From the NCBI GenBank assembly GCA_951406725.2, contig OX597824.1, forward strand, positions 93,744,001 to 93,808,000: DNA of 64,000 nt, written 5' to 3'. The DNA comes from Octopus vulgaris (Eukaryota). Positions 15,261-29,201 of the stretch are shown piece by piece. The notes under the pieces were generated by a model. The model did no database searches. It was not told where the DNA came from and saw only the letters and a program-made list of their open reading frames with translations. Position 1 is the first letter of the stretch, and every line of letters starts with the position of its first letter. Both the position numbers and the translations under genes were made by a program.

Positions 15261-15582
15261 GTTTACAAGAAATTATTTAAGAAAGTAATCAGAACCGGAC
15301 TCCAAAAAAGCATTTTTGGTTTTTAAAAAAATTGTGTTTGTTTGGTAGTATATATACACACAGAAGGAGATATATTGAAGAATTTACCAAAAATTGTAGA
15401 GGAATAACTGACCTGTATTTCTGGCATTTTGTTTTATATGCCATAAAGACAGGTGAGTTATTCCTCTAAATATTTCTCCTTCTGTGTGTATATATACTAC
15501 CAAACAAACATGATTTTTATTGAACTCAAAATGCTTTTTGGAGTCCCGTTCTGATTAGTTTCATAAATACTTTCTTGTAAAC
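15261..15582. repeat. Long imperfect inverted repeat (fold-back), ~320 bp
   Basis: Paired blocks gtttacaagaaa/tttcttgtaaac, taatcagaac..gactccaaaaa/tttttggagtc..gttctgatta, tgtttgtttggtagtatatatacacacagaaggaga and its exact reverse complement, tagaggaataact/agttattcctcta, tggcat/atgcca around a centre at ~15432. Confidence 0.92.
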
Positions 15583-15700
15583 AGGCTTACAAAGAATAAG
15601 AGTTTGGGGTCAATGTCTTTGATTAAAACCCTTTAAGGAGGTGCTCCAGCATGGCTGCAGTCAAATGAGACTCTGATGCAATTAAAAGAATAAAAGAATA
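15583..15700 (+). mobile_element. SINE family B 3' tail, truncated at the palindrome edge
   Basis: aggcttacaaagaataag..ggtgctccagcatggctgcagtcaaatga. Confidence 0.75.
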
Positions 15701-15948
15701 CATACTTATATACATATGTACGTGTGGAAGAGAGAGAGAGAGAGATAGAGAGCATGCAACAGGCTTTTGTCAGTTGCCGTCAACGAAATTCACTCCAGGT
15801 ATTTTGGTCGTTTCGAAGCAACAGCAGAAGACCTTGCCCAAGATTCTACGTCCGGACTCTGTCTATAAACTCCGTTTTTAGCTGATCCTGTTCCTTGTTT
15901 GGTAATCCTTGCTAAACAGTTCCTAATATACATAAGATTATTGGTGTA

Positions 15949-16371
15949 CAGTAATCTCTCGCCATATCGCATTTCACCTACCGCGGTTCACCTATCGCGG
16001 TTTATTATTTACGCATATGTCGATGCCTCTGTGGTGTTGTTTTGCATTTATAATAAAATAAATATAGAAATGTTATAATTTCTAAACCTCTCTAAAGCGG
16101 CTGTACTGAGTATTAATATTAATTGCCAAACTAACGCGACAGTCCTGAGAAATAGGACGAATGCTGCAGTTGATTAGCTCCGAGAAGCGATCGCCTCTAG
16201 GTAGCTCTATGACGCACGAACCTGCGTCCATAAATATTAATAAAATAACTATATATAAATTATAAAAATAAAAAGAGATATACAGTGTTGATCCTACTTC
16301 GCAGATTTTCATCTATCACGTAGAGGGGTTGGGGTTGGAAAGTAAGACCCGTGATAATCGAGGGATTATTG
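15949..16371. mobile_element. pogo/Tigger-type MITE with TA TSD
   Basis: TA|cagtaatctctcg..tatcgc ... gtgataatcgagggattattg|TA terminal inverted repeats; a shorter relative lies at 61341-61565. Confidence 0.8.
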
Positions 16372-18502
16372 TAATGAAAATTCATAATCAGGCCTGAACA
16401 GCTGCATGTTTTCAAGCAGTTGTTCAAAGGTATTATCCTCCTCTCCGTAAGACTTTGGAAGAGATGCGCAGAAGCTGATCTTTATGGCTGCACATAACTT
16501 TTCTCTTATGTCCGAAATAAATACGAAGGTATGTAGTATTATTATATATATATATATATTTATATTTTATATATATATATATGTATGTATGTATGTATGC
16601 ATGTATGTATGTATGTATTTATGTATGTATGTATTGATGTATGTGTGTGTCACTGTACTCGTTTTTGTGTATATATATGTGTGAGACATTATTAAATTCT
16701 CACGTCTGTATCATAAATATTGGCAACTGGCCGAAAGATTGTAACAGCTGTGATTATGTTTTCTTTTTACGACCGATACGTTCGCATATTATCTATGATT
16801 TTCAATGGGATAATTTCTGTATACCATTCACCACATAATCATCACCATCATCGCCATCATCATCACCTTCATCATTAACTTCATTCTCATCGCCGTCGTC
16901 GTCGACGTAGTCTTCGCCGTCGCCATTAACAATGATATCCGTAAATATTGAAATGTTGAGCTCCTGGTGAATTAATTGTGTGGAATTCAATGACATACAA
17001 AGTTTACACGGCATGGTGTCAACCGAACTTCCTCTCGCCGCTATATTTTATCTAATAATTGGCATTTTACAGACGCCCACAGATTATTTTCAGCTGACAG
17101 AAGCCAATTTTCCACAAGGATTCACAACCAGTTATATATCTGTTCTTATTCGTTTGTAAATCCGAAAGAGAGCGGCAGAAACAATACTTCTTTAAATGAA
17201 ATGCATTTTAGAATTAAACCCATGTCGATTTAGCCTTGTAATTCGCAGATCGGTAAAACAAGCACCACCCAAATGCTGGTTTTGTTCTTTTTATGGTGCT
17301 GAGCATAAATCAGTGTTAGAAACCAGCATCGTCTTTGTTTCTCCGAGGAATGAAACCTTTTAAAGCCTTTATTTCAAATTAGTTTCCAACGTAAATGGAG
17401 ACCTCTCCAAAGTAAAAGAACATCCGTTTCCGGACCTGCTTTCGATTAATAATTCCAGTTAATCATGTATAATATATACAAGCTAATGGAACGACCGTTT
17501 TATACTATGTTACCATACATTGCATTGCATTGAATCTTTATTCCTTTATCACAATGTTGTAATTCATCGTTAAGAGGAAAATATTCAACCGTTATGGCTA
17601 AACAGCCAAATGGGTTTTTAATTACCTTTCGCTTCAGTACAACTGCACATGTTCTCTATTGGAGAATGATAAGGGTGTAATGGTATAATTATCTCTTGTC
17701 GTTTTTATCGGAATTAACATCACATGTCGAATAAAGTGTTTTGAAAACACAATTGAAACGAAATCTCTAATTTAGTCCGTGTGTATTTGGTTATTTCTGT
17801 TGCTAAACTGCTTAAATAGATTCCAAGTAAGGAAGCGACATTTTTTACAAATTGGATTCTGGTTAAATATAAAAATGAAATGACAGACTTATGATTTTGT
17901 TCTCTGTCGGAAACAAAAGGAAGATTTTGACAAATGGAAATCTTATCGCCATAGGTCAACAGAACCGGAGCTGAACTGGCGCCAAACGGCACCGTCTCCA
18001 CCACATGCAACAACAATAACACCAACAAGATTACCTCAGTTTCTCTGTTTTATTCAAATATATACCACCAGCCAATTTGAGCAATTTCTTTTAGCTCATT
18101 TAAGTCTAAATCTTTCAGCTATTGGAGTTAAGGTCACAGAATTTTGGTCCTGATTACGGATGTTGAATCGGAGACATATTTCCTGATTGTACTTTTATTA
18201 CCAGACAATAAGCCTGTCCTTTGCCTAAATGGCTTATCAACCTTGGAGAATTATTTATTCTTTAGATAATCTCCTCTGCTTCAGTGTAGTTAGTCATAAC
18301 TCACACACCCATCTATATGTATATATGTGTGGGAGAGATATGGTGGGAAGTTAGTATTCGAATACCAATGGTTGAGTAATATATTCTATACTATTTCATT
18401 AAAACTGCAAAAAAATCTTATCTGAATGTCACTCAGGGTTTCAGGTAAGCGTTCATCAGGTAATTATAGTAATACTCTCCCTCCCATCATATATATGTGT
18501 GC

Positions 18503-18567
<65 letters not shown>

Positions 18568-18589
18568 AATATATACACTTGATAAACAT

Positions 18590-18880
18590 TACCGTTGTTA
18601 GATGACGTATAAGGGTTCAATAATTTCTTGTTGAACAAACACCCAGATGATTTGTTTATAGTGATCAAATGTTTGTGTAGAGATAAGCTCACCCCCTCCA
18701 TCAGATCGACATTACCTGTACAGGTGCAACTGGGTGCCGCATGCCAGATGTCGAAATGATCACCGAGCAACGTGAATTGAAGTGCCTTGCTCAAGAACAC
18801 AACGCAACGCCGAGTATGGTAATCAAACCCCCGATCTCGCAATCTCGAGTGCAAAAACCTTAACCACTAAGCCATGCGCC
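18590..18880 (-). mobile_element. SINE family E (tRNA-derived head)
   Basis: Minus strand ggcgcatggcttagtggttaagg (A box), gggtttgattacc (B box-like), then gttgtgttcttgagcaaggcactt shared with family D. Confidence 0.7.
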
Positions 18881-19326
18881 TTGTATACACAATATATTGC
18901 GAGGACTTTATCAAATGAAGACAATGATAGAAATAGTCATTATTTGTTTTATTCGTTTAGAAGACGCTGTCAATAGGAATCACATTAGATGAAAAGGCCA
19001 AAGCTTGTTTTTCTAACATGTCCCATAATTGAAATCTTCCTAATGATAACACACAAGAATGGTGAGTTAATTACAAATATAAATTGCATTGGAATTCTTT
19101 TCCTTTTTTTTTTTTGTCTTCTGATGCGGGATCTTACAAAGCTATATATAAATTATTGATTTCCATGCCACATGCAGTAATTCTGTTGTTGTTTTCATTC
19201 TACTTTTATCCGTTTCATGTATTTTAAATATTATATTCCTCAATATCTTTCACACTTAGAGCATCAAGCATAGATTCAGGAATCATATCTGCGTGTACTC
19301 ATACCCTTTCTCGCGCATATATGTGT

Positions 19327-19488
19327 GGCGCAGGAGCGGCTGTGTGGTAAGAAACTTGCTAACCAACCACATGGTTCCCGGTTCAGTCTCACTGCGTGGC
19401 ACCTTAGGCAAGTATCTACTACTATGGGCTCGGGCTGCCCAAGGCCTTGTGAGTGGATTTGGTAGATGGAAACTGAAAGAAGCTCGTC

Positions 19489-19491
<3 letters not shown>
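19327..19491 (+). mobile_element. SINE family B head ending in (TA)n
   Basis: ggcgcaggagcggctgtgtggtaag..ggttcagtc..cgtggcacctt..gaaactgaaagaagc. Confidence 0.85.
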
Positions 19492-19540
<49 letters not shown>

Positions 19541-19758
19541 CAAGAAAGTTAGAGGTTGTGATTCCAGCCAACAAAGGGATAATATCTATCCAATATACTG
19601 CTGGTAGAATACCCAATTATTAATACACAAGTGTTTTTTCATTGCATGGCCATTACATTACCGAGTGTAATAAATGGATGAGGGTAAGGAGATATTTTAC
19701 CATTAATTCATAGGGCAATAAGAAAATGGAGGGGATCTCTCTCTCTCTATATATATAT

Positions 19759-19799
<41 letters not shown>

Positions 19800-19974
19800 T
19801 AAGTGGGTTGAAGCATATATATACTCTTGTGTCTGGGGAGAGTCATTCTCTTTTAGTGTCTTATAAATTAAGACACTCACCGGTAAATTTTCCACTCATT
19901 TCCTTCTTTATTTTGCTAAAATTTTTGTTGCGTCTTGCAATCTTTTCAATAGTTTTGACTCTCTTATATATATG

Positions 19975-20052
<78 letters not shown>

Positions 20053-20714
20053 CATATATGGGTGGGTGTGCACCATTGTCTGGTTGGGTGCTGTAGTACA
20101 GACGGAGGGGGAAGAATAACACCGAGGGAGACGGGAGGAAAGTTGGAGATAAAGGCAAGTGTTTGTGAAGCAAGCTAGGCCAACGAGTATGTTCAATGTT
20201 TATAGTACATACGACACATATACAAAAATATACTAACACACACCCGCGTACACAGCAATGTATATATGTATATATATATGCGTGTGAAAACGTGAGCACG
20301 GGCATAATACACACACATATGTATACATACACACACAGATAATGCAATCGGTCAGTAATCAGTGTTGTTCAGTATTTCTCCGGTGATTAACGAGGTATTG
20401 GAAAAAAAGTACTCGCATTACTAGCTGAATGCATTTGTTGTTGCTTTGTGGTCAACTCCAATGTTGTTCTTTTATGGCTGCAGGTAACTATCAGATGTGG
20501 AGAAGAATGTTCCTTCTTTGTTTCTGTTGACTGCTTTTCTGTCACCGCTGATAACCTACTTTCTCATTACAATATTAATAAATTTGTTGCTGCAACAACT
20601 TTTGTCGTGTTTGTTTTCAGTTATACAATTCTTACATCATTTATTGCCGTTTGTTTGGCTGTGTTTATTGGTTGTATACACATGTTATATTTTCATGCAA
20701 TATATGATGAAATT

Positions 20715-21815
20715 GGCGCAGGTGTAGCTGCATGATTGAGAAGCTTGCATGGCATCAACGTTGTTTCGTGTTCACTTATACGGTGAGGAACTTTGGGCAC
20801 GTTTTACATTATAGCTCTTGATCGAACAATTCCTTTTCTGTGAATTTGACAGATGGAAGTATGGGGACCCGTCGAATACATATGCACACACTCCACCACA
20901 TGTACGTATTACTTATGTATGTATGTATGTATGTATGTATGTATGTATGTATGTATGTATGTATGTATGTATGTATTTATGTATTTATGTATGTATGTAT
21001 GTATGTATGTATGTATGTATGTATTTATGTATTTATGAATGTATGTATGTATGTATGTATGTATGTATGCATGTATGTATGTATGTATGTATTATGTATG
21101 TATGTGAAGGCGCATGACTCAGTGGAAAGAGTGTCGGGCTCACAATCTTGAGGTAATGCGTTCGATTCCGAAAGTAGAAATGTATAACGGCGACAATTTA
21201 CCCATCGCACCCTGTATTTCATTTTGCACCAGTTCACTCATCTGTAGAAAAGAGTTACGATGTCACTAGTGCCAAGATGCATGGGTCTTTGCCTTCACTT
21301 TGGACAACATCGTTGGCATGGAGAGGAGAGGCAGATATGCATGAGCAGTTACTCGACTTCCATAAACAATCATACCAGGACTTTTGCCCCGGAGGGGAAC
21401 TTTCCGGGTGCAATCCCATGATCATTCATAACCGAAGGCTGTTTTAACCCTTTGCCTTACGTATGTACGTACGTACCATGTACGTCTGTATGTGTTTGTA
21501 TGTATGTATGCATGTACGTGTCTACGTACGTACGTATGTATGTCCCTATGTGTGTATATATATGAATGTATGTACGTATGTGTGCGTATACATATGTGTC
21601 TATATATTTGTGTTTGTCTTTGGGTCTCTGTCTGTCCGCACTACCACCGCTTGACAGCCGGTGTTGTTTTGATTACATCCCTGAAATTTAGTGGTTCAGA
21701 AAAAGGAATCGCTATAAGTATCGTAAGTTTGAATATTAGAACTCTGCTCAAATTATCAGATCTAAACACATCAATGCGGTGCTCCAGAAAGGCCGCAATC
21801 CAATGACACCAAGAG
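20715..21815 (+). mobile_element. Old SINE family B copy interrupted by (TATG)n and a nested family F SINE
   Basis: Degenerate head 20715-20873; tail 21620-21815 (ccgcttgacagccggtgttg..gcggtgctccag..ggccgca); nested element at 21109. Confidence 0.55.
21109..21458 (+). mobile_element. SINE family F (tRNA-derived head)
   Basis: ggcgcatgactcagtgg (A box), gttcgattcc (B box); 3' half matches the reverse complement of 47004-47177. Confidence 0.75.
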
Positions 21816-22033
21816 GAAAAATATATTTTTTTTTAAAACACCAATTCAGAAAGACATTTCCTGAAGTAAACTTCTGAAGTGAACACCTATAAAGTTCTTG
21901 ATGCTGTTATAATTCAAACTTCATATAAACTACGAAATAGTTACCGTTTCTTTTAGCATTTCCCCAGAAAATATTAAACATGTTTTATTGTTGGTGCCAC
22001 ACTTGGAGACATATTTTCATATTTGTCCCATAT

Positions 22034-22216
22034 ATTTCTTTACTGCCCACAATGGGCTAAACATAGAGGGGACAAACAAGGACAGAGAAGGGGATTACGT
22101 CGATTACATTGACCCCAGTACGTAACTGGCACTTAATTTGAACTCAGAACGCAGCGACGGACGAAATACCACAAAGCATTTCCCCGGCGTGCTAACGTTT
22201 CTGCCAACTCGCCGCC
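22034..22216 (-). mobile_element. SINE family A monomer with internal deletion
   Basis: Head and tail intact; the segment between cttaattt and aatttgaac is lost at an AATTT microhomology (~22135). Confidence 0.82.
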
Positions 22217-23459
22217 TTTATTTGTAATATAGACTGAATAATGAATTGTTTCAGCTGCTTGTGCCTAACATATTCTTCTACTCGATACGGATGTCTTCTA
22301 TATTCAATATCCATACATATAACATTCAGCAGCCATCAGAAAAAACCGTCAACAAGTGCCGCCATGTGAATTTTATTAGAAAAATATATGAATTTATATC
22401 ACGATAACTTTAATTTGTTTGAACTTCTCTTCCCTTCCCTTGTAGCGTGATTAAATCGTTATAAAAACGATTGAAAGCGGATGCACATTTCGATCAGCAT
22501 GTAAATATGTTATTTCGTTTACTCGTGATTGTTGGTTCATCTATAGCTAATACACTGTTATTTATATTTTAAACCAATTTATTTCAAAGTTATTGTTATA
22601 GCATGATCCATTCCTGCCAGGTGTGTACCGTACACGGTTTAAATCTCGTTTTAAATATGTTATATTGACTCCATATTTTTGAAGAAGAGAATTCATTATC
22701 CGCACACGTATCTATGGTTTTTACTATTGTTCGTTCGGTTTGAACTGGTCTCTTGACGTAGAATGTTTCTAATTAATTTTATATATGTCTAATCAATTCT
22801 GTATAAATATAATCAATTTTGCATAGATCTGTCACTTCTTAGGCTTCGTGATACTTCGTTTCTTTCTCTACAGACATATATACACCTAGGCCAATATGTG
22901 TACAAGGTGCACAAACCCAGAGCCTCCCATAGAATATTTATATTGTAAATAACGATGACGATCTCACATTCACTTATTTATTAATATTACTATCCAATAG
23001 AACTTCCCATATACACGCATGACTTTAACACTGACGATTTCCGTGTAGCTGTTTCTTCGCCTGATGATCGTTGGTGCATGAAATGATTCAACTTATATAT
23101 ATATAATATAACATACAACAGCTCTTTTCTGATTTATGTATCAACATAGATACTTACATAAGTTACTATAAGCACACACGTACATGCCCGCATGTGTACG
23201 GACTTACCTATAGTTATTTCTAGATATGTCTGTAAGTTTGTAGATTAGAGTGTGATATAGGCTTATGTATATCTTTTTGATCGTTTTCTATACAGAGATG
23301 TATATTGAAACAAAAATGCACGCACAAACACACAAACATTCACACACACTTACATGCACTCACACACAGGGGCGCATGAACGTGTGCGCACACACATATA
23401 TAATACCACGGAATTATTTCCGTTTACTATATTCACCCCAAAAACTTTATTGGTGACAC

Positions 23460-23526
23460 GCAATAGGACTCAACCTGGAGGCTTGTGATTGGGAAGCAAC
23501 CTTCTTACCACACAGCCATACCTGCG

Positions 23527-23528
<2 letters not shown>
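23460..23528 (-). mobile_element. SINE family B head fragment
   Basis: cttaccacacagccatacctgcgcc is the reverse complement of the family B 5' end. Confidence 0.65.
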
Positions 23529-23576
<48 letters not shown>

Positions 23577-23680
23577 TGTATGTATGTATACATATACACA
23601 CTCACACAACTATGTACACATTAGTATATATATACATACATACATACATACATACAAACATAAATACATACATATATATG

Positions 23681-23745
<65 letters not shown>

Positions 23746-24349
23746 CATACATACATACATACAACATAACACAATGTGATCGGCTTGCACAATTGTTGAG
23801 ATATTCAGATATTTTTCTTAACAAGAAAACAATGGTATCTTTAATACGCAAATAAAGAAACTTTATCCACCAAAGAGGTGTTGAGTACACATTCTCGCCG
23901 TTCGACATTTTCATTTGTGTGTGTGCGCGCGCGTGTGTGTGTTTGTGAGTGCATAAACACACACACACACATGAACATACATACACATACATAAATTGAT
24001 AGATAGATAGACAAGTATATATATATAGATAGACAGGTATATATATATAGATGCGCGGGAGTGTTGTAATGCTCCATAATAAACTATATTACGTATAATG
24101 TAATCATAGTAGCCTGTAGGTTTATATATATAACTAATATTTATATTATTATAACTATTATTATTATGATTATTGTTGTCGTTGTTGTTGTTGCTGCTGT
24201 TTTGTTGTTGTTGCTGCTCTTGTTGCTGTTTGAGATTCATTGAATAAATTCGCGTTAGAAAATAAGTTAATATTTCTGAAATTAGTTTAGGAGGAAGCCG
24301 CATTTTCAGGACTGTATGTGAAATAGCAACACCATATACTAATACTAAC

Positions 24350-24427
24350 AAGAGGAAGAAGAAGAAGAAGAAGAAGAAGAAGAAGAAGAGGAGGAGGGGA
24401 GGAGGAAGAAGAATAAGAAGGGGAAGT

Positions 24428-24466
<39 letters not shown>

Positions 24467-24514
24467 AGAAGGAGAACAATAACAATAATACTAATACTAA
24501 TACTATTACTGCTG

Positions 24515-24602
<88 letters not shown>

Positions 24603-24650
24603 TGATAATAATAATAATAATGACGACGACGACGATGATGATGATGATTA
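24350..24650. repeat. Compound trinucleotide array (GAA/GAG)(TAC)(TAA)(GAC/GAT)
   Basis: Direct inspection. Confidence 0.95.
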
Positions 24651-24883
24651 TAAAATATTTGTTATAATAACATTTGTTTACTGATAATTTTATTTATATG
24701 ACTATATACGGTTTTATAAGATTTACAGGTAATTTTTTTAAACAGAAAATAACAAAACTAAATTTTTAAGGCAGTTCTTTTTATTCTTTTCTGAATTGTT
24801 TTTTTTCTGTTTTATGTCGATTTTATAAAAATCTGTTGAACGAATGTATATGACATCCTTTAAGAATAAAACTTTTAAATTAA

Positions 24884-24994
<111 letters not shown>

Positions 24995-25133
24995 TTGTGT
25001 TTATGTGTTTGTGTATGCAACTATCACTGATGCAATAATAATATTAATAATGATAATAATAATGATAATAATAATGATAATGATGATGATGATGATAACA
25101 ATAATAATAACAATAATATTAATAATGATACTA

Positions 25134-25260
25134 TTTTACTTGTTTCAGTCATTCGAGCAAATCGACCCCAGAATTTATTCTTTGTAAGCCTAGTACTTAG
25201 GTCTGTGTTGCCGAACCGCTAAGTTACGGGGACGTAAACTCACCGGCATCGTTTGTCGAG
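25134..25260 (-). mobile_element. SINE family B tail, truncated at the Dong insertion
   Basis: ttttacttgtttcagtcatt..gccgaaccgctaagttacggggacgtaaac. Confidence 0.8.
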
Positions 25261-25420
25261 TCCTTGTACAGTGTTTTGTCTTCGCATCCTTCCGCCCTAC
25301 ATAAGCCTGGCCATCTTACTTCTAATAATAGTGGTTCTGTGGCATTTTTTACATACCATGCTATGTTGTTTTCTTCTGCTCTAACGCTGTGTTAGGATCC
25401 AATCACTCCTCTTCACCCTC
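25261..25420 (-). mobile_element. Inverted internal fragment of an R4/Dong-type LINE (post-RT region)
   Basis: Minus frame reads G*RGVIGS*HSVRAEENNIAWYVKNATEPLLLEVR, resembling the GGRGL...EENNL.WYVK.S.EPLL segment after RT in R4/Dong ORFs. Confidence 0.7.
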
Positions 25421-26031
<611 letters not shown>

Positions 26032-26080
26032 AATAATAATGATAATAATAATCTGATGATGATGTGATGATGAGATGATG

Positions 26081-26131
<51 letters not shown>

Positions 26132-26748
26132 TGATGATGATGATGTGGCTTGATGATAATAATAACTGATGATGATGATGATGTGATTGATCGATGGTAA
26201 TTGTGGCTTCAGATCCCTGATTGGAATAATCGTGGAATAGAATAAAATCAAAAAGGAGTTCTTAAGAATAACAAAATGGTTGAGAATCGCTCTCCCAGAT
26301 ACACGATGGTTGAAAACACTTTCAGATGAAATGGTAAGTGCTGGGTTATTTTTGATAATAAACTTCCTCGGTTAAGTCTGAACTGTGAAAATAGCGACAA
26401 CGGCAACAAACTTTCGCTTGCGCTGTTACTTAGCCATCAGGCTAAGTCTGTAGAGAGCAGACATGACGAAATATATTAGAGTCGTGATGCTAATGTCTTT
26501 GTTGCATAATTCAAACTACATCATCAAGTGTGTACTTACCAGATTTATCACGGCAGTTTATTATGTGGAGTTGATTTGAAATCTCCACTAGCTCGAATCC
26601 ACAGTAGGCTTCTGGAAAATTGAATTTATTATTTTGAATAAAGCAAAGAAAAAAAATTGCGATGAGTTTGGTTTCCACCATTATTCTATGGAAGTCTGCT
26701 CGATCAGGCTTGAACTGGGGTTAAACAGAAATTAACAAAACAATAATA

Positions 26749-26749
26749 C

Positions 26750-26800
<51 letters not shown>

Positions 26801-26882
26801 TTACTATTACTACAACTACTACCACCACCACTGCTACTACTACTACCGCTGTTGCTGCTACTACTACATCTACTACTACCAT
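26749..26882. repeat. (TAC)n-rich microsatellite
   Basis: Direct inspection. Confidence 0.92.
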
Positions 26883-26935
26883 TATTGTAACCATTGCAAG
26901 TTTTAACAGTACTACCCCGCGCACAGCACTTTTTT

Positions 26936-27254
26936 CGCCCTTTTCAAGCCTAGCCAGGTTCCTGGGCCCGGTTTCCCGGTTTCTGTGGCGTTTGTGTCCC
27001 CCCCCCCGCTGGACGGGACGCCAGTCCATCGCAGCGTTACTCAAGAAACGGGAAGAGAGAGCGAGAGAAAGTTGGGGCGAAAGAGTACTACAGGGGTCGC
27101 CACCCCCACCCCCTGTCGGAGCTTCGTCGAGCTTTAGGTGTTTTCGCTCAATAAATACACACAACGCCCGGTCTGGGAATCGAAACCACGATCCTCCGAC
27201 CACGATCCTCCGACCACGAGTCCGCTGCCCTAACCACTGAGCCATTGCGCCTCC
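26936..27254 (-). mobile_element. SINE family C (tRNA head, V-domain-like core)
   Basis: Minus strand ggaggcgcaatggctcagtggttagg..gtttcgattccc; core tgcgatggactggcgtcccgtccag; internal 14-nt duplication ccacgatcctccga. Confidence 0.88.
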
Positions 27255-28091
27255 TCTACACACAGCATACAACTCCTACATCAATCAAAATATCTCATGG
27301 CTACCACTAGTATCACAACATTCAACAACATTTCTACCATCAACACACCTAACAACATCACCACCACCACCACAACCACCACCACCAAAACTAACAACAA
27401 CAACAACAACTACGACACATAGTCCCGTCCGCCTTCAACGCCAATATAATAACATCTTCGCAATTAATACTGTCAAGTCTAATGTACGTCAACAATCTTA
27501 GCGTAGGCTTCATTTCGCTCTGGACATTTCCCGCCATAATGATCGTCATAGCGCCAACATCACAATCATCATCAACGTGAGCCAGCGACAACACCATCAA
27601 TATGGGTATTCGACCTGCTAAAAATAGCAGTCAGATAACCGTCACATTATCGGATCAACCGTTTCAGAAATAAGACACATTATGCAATGAAGTCCTGGGT
27701 TTCAGGAAAACATAAAGAGATGATTAAGATTAGATGCCTTGATTAAGAGATTAAGAGATGATTAACAATGGCTCTGGATTTGTGTAGTCCGCGCTTTCTT
27801 TGTGCTTTTCCAATGTTGTTCCGTTCGTAGGATGTGGCACCTCTGTTCAGCTTGGCCAGGCAGGGTGTTCTCGTGTTTGCGTTTCTCAAGCGTTGATTTG
27901 CCCGTGGACCAATAACGCTGCTGAAATGGCTCTGTCATCACAATTATTCACCGCCACCACTAAACTCTAAGCATCTGATAAACACCACCCACAACTCCAC
28001 CACCACCACCACCACCACCACCACTACCAGTAGCAGTAATAGTAATAGCACCACCTTCATCACCGACGCCAATGCCACCTCTATCGGGACC

Positions 28092-28402
28092 TTATTTTAT
28101 TTATTTATGCGCCCTCTTTCAAGCCTAGCCAGGCTCATGGGCCCGGTTTCCCGGTTTCTGTGGCGTTTGTGTTCCACCACCACCACCCAGCTGGACGGGA
28201 CGCCAGTCCATCGCAGCGTTACTCAAGAAACAGTGAGAGAAAGTTGGGGCGAAAGAGTACGACAGGGGTAGCCACCAACCCCTGCCGGAGCTTCGTGGAG
28301 CTTTAGGTGTTTTCGCCCAATAAACACACACAACGCCCGGTCTGGGAATCGAAACCGCGTTCCTCCAGCTGCGAGTCCGCTGCCCTAACTACTGGGCCAT
28401 TG
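28092..28402 (-). mobile_element. SINE family C, second copy
   Basis: High similarity to 26936-27254; (TAAA)n tail on the minus strand. Confidence 0.88.
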
Positions 28403-29156
28403 ATCAGGGACCCAATTCGACCTCCAATACAAACGAAGAAGAAATGCTGCTAGAAATAACGACCAAATTTGCCTCAAATAGTATTCTATCTTCAAAAATA
28501 CTCGATATACTGAAACGTTGTCGTTTTCTTTTATACTGTAAGGCTTGATGGCCACGACTGGAAAGACTTCGATGGTAGTGTCTAGCGATTAATCTTAACC
28601 GAAAAGGAGCTGCACAGAAACAACTACAACCTCTAAAATGCCACCATTGTATCCTTAACGCCCACACCGCTGACATCCGCAAGACCATTAGCGCTGTCGT
28701 CATCATCATCATCATCATCATCATCACAAACTACAACAACAAAAGCAGAAGCAACAACATAAACAACAACAACAACAACAGCAACAGGATCTTTAAATTA
28801 GGTCTCATGGAAATCACCATCATTTTCGCCTCAATATGGCGACGATCGACGCCGCCATCATTGAGCCCAACACCCCACCTCCCCCATTAACTTCACCAAG
28901 ATCGGCAACATACTTAACATTACCAGATGAACACCACTACCGACGCCAACCCAAAATATCAACGACACCATCGCCATCACAATTCAACGGATATATACCA
29001 CCACCACCACCACCACTACCACCACCACCAACGCCATCAACGTCGAAAAACGTGCGCCTTCACTATCATCTCAAATCACCGTCATTTTTAAAACGATTAT
29101 CGCCAGCACCGCCATCAACGCCAGCAGCTCGCCAACAAATCTGCCACTACTTCCGC

Positions 29157-29201
<45 letters not shown>

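Noticed and set aside
23060-23095. CTGATGA...GAAA hammerhead-like spacing
   Set aside because: No convincing stem I, II or III pairing.
26539-26612. Minus-strand candidate exon (ttttccag...g|gtaagt)
   Set aside because: It overlaps what looks like a decayed SINE A body, and no partner exons were found.
27175-27254. tRNA gene at the SINE C head (also the heads at 18880, 21109 and 44957)
   Set aside because: A and B boxes are present but there is no complete cloverleaf or acceptor stem, and the sequence continues into SINE bodies.
26721-27272. 183-aa minus-strand ORF
   Set aside because: It reads through SINE C into (TAG)n.
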